Origin: Patellaria atrata CBS 101060
Lineage: Eukaryota
Assembly (NCBI GenBank): GCA_010093705.1
Contig: MU006089.1
Coordinates: forward strand, 3,628 to 67,627
Reading direction: 5' to 3'
DNA: 64,000 nt
Shown: positions 63,093 through 64,000 of the stretch, in pieces
Numbering within the stretch: the first letter of the stretch is position 1
Layout of the letters: every line of letters begins with the position of its first letter
Notes under the pieces: model-generated
Database searches by the model: none
Told to the model about the DNA's origin: nothing
The model's input: the letters and a program-made list of their open reading frames with translations, nothing else
Translations under genes and position numbers: made by a program

Positions 63093-64000
63093 ACGGAGCA
63101 TGTTGAGTAGAGGAGATTGTCCATCTTATGTTGTACAGTACGAAGCAAAAGGAGGTTGAGATGGAGTACCACGAGGTACATAGTAAGGAAGGGATTGATT
63201 TCTGTTGATTTGATCTGAGGAGTCAGAAGTAATGAAAGGTCGCCTTCGGAACAGTTGGCCTAGATAGAGAATCATGATGTCTTATACCTATGCATTTTTC
63301 TTCTCTCACAGTTGAACATGAGGTGAGGTTCCTATAGTCTGTCGTCCGTGTTGCAGGAATCGCGTCAGGTTTCCTTGGCGTACAAAAGAAACTATCACGT
63401 GACCTTACGACGCGTTTTCACACGAAACTTGGAATCTACAATAATAAGTGAAGTGATGGGTGGGTTTTATGCAGAGATTATGTTCTGAGGCGCATTAATT
63501 TTGTCTTTGGGTTATGATCGCTATGATGGTTTTCCGAAGAACAAATAGCTTCAATAATGTACAGTGCAGACTACAAAACTAGGTAAGGTACAGAGAAACG
63601 AGAAAGGAGCTTTTTTGGGGGAAACAGGGATTAAGGAGAGGTCAAATTAGGACTAGGGGCTTCATCCATTCAACGGCTGCAAAACAGCATCAGTCCCCCT
63701 TGGTCCCTGCCTTCCCTTGGTGGATGCTGCTTGTGCGGCCTTGGCATCGCCTGTCACCTCTCCATAGGCCAAAGGAGGGACCCCTTTCCCTTTTCCACAA
63801 CCCATAGGAAAAAGAAGAAAGAAGGAGAAAGTTGTTGAACGGCATCCACCGACAACAACACCTTATTCTTTCCTTCCTCACCATTTGATTCATCTCACAA
63901 ATCACCTAACCGGAGTGGACGTCACGGTCCATAAGACTGTTACAAAATAATTCTCTCGCTCCCATAGCATCACCTCTACCTGCACCTCTCGCATTCGAGT

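Overview
Eukaryotic genomic DNA from a filamentous ascomycete (Pezizomycotina; short GT..CTRAC..YAG introns, strong RIP-like signature). Bases 1-7.9 kb are a near-pure-AT transposon graveyard that encloses one intact gene (Yip1-domain protein). That gene is bracketed by two inverted copies of one LTR: a fully AT-converted copy and a copy whose first half escaped mutation. Next to the gene is a degenerate ~164-179 bp repeat array that the LTR interrupts. A gene-rich block follows: L-2-hydroxyglutarate dehydrogenase, Exo70, cPLA2-type phospholipase, PLD without PX/PH, PH-domain protein, hypothetical protein, Sec62, RPL12 and GT41 O-GlcNAc transferase. Then comes a ~12 kb stretch with no intact gene but at least one decayed gene, upstream of a FlbD-like Myb factor. 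The window ends with Mtc6-like, ARH1, a membrane protein, two nonsense-disrupted pseudogenes and an F-box-like gene. There are three 100-N assembly gaps. No rRNA, tRNA or CRISPR was seen. Product calls come from motif recognition only, since no database search was possible.
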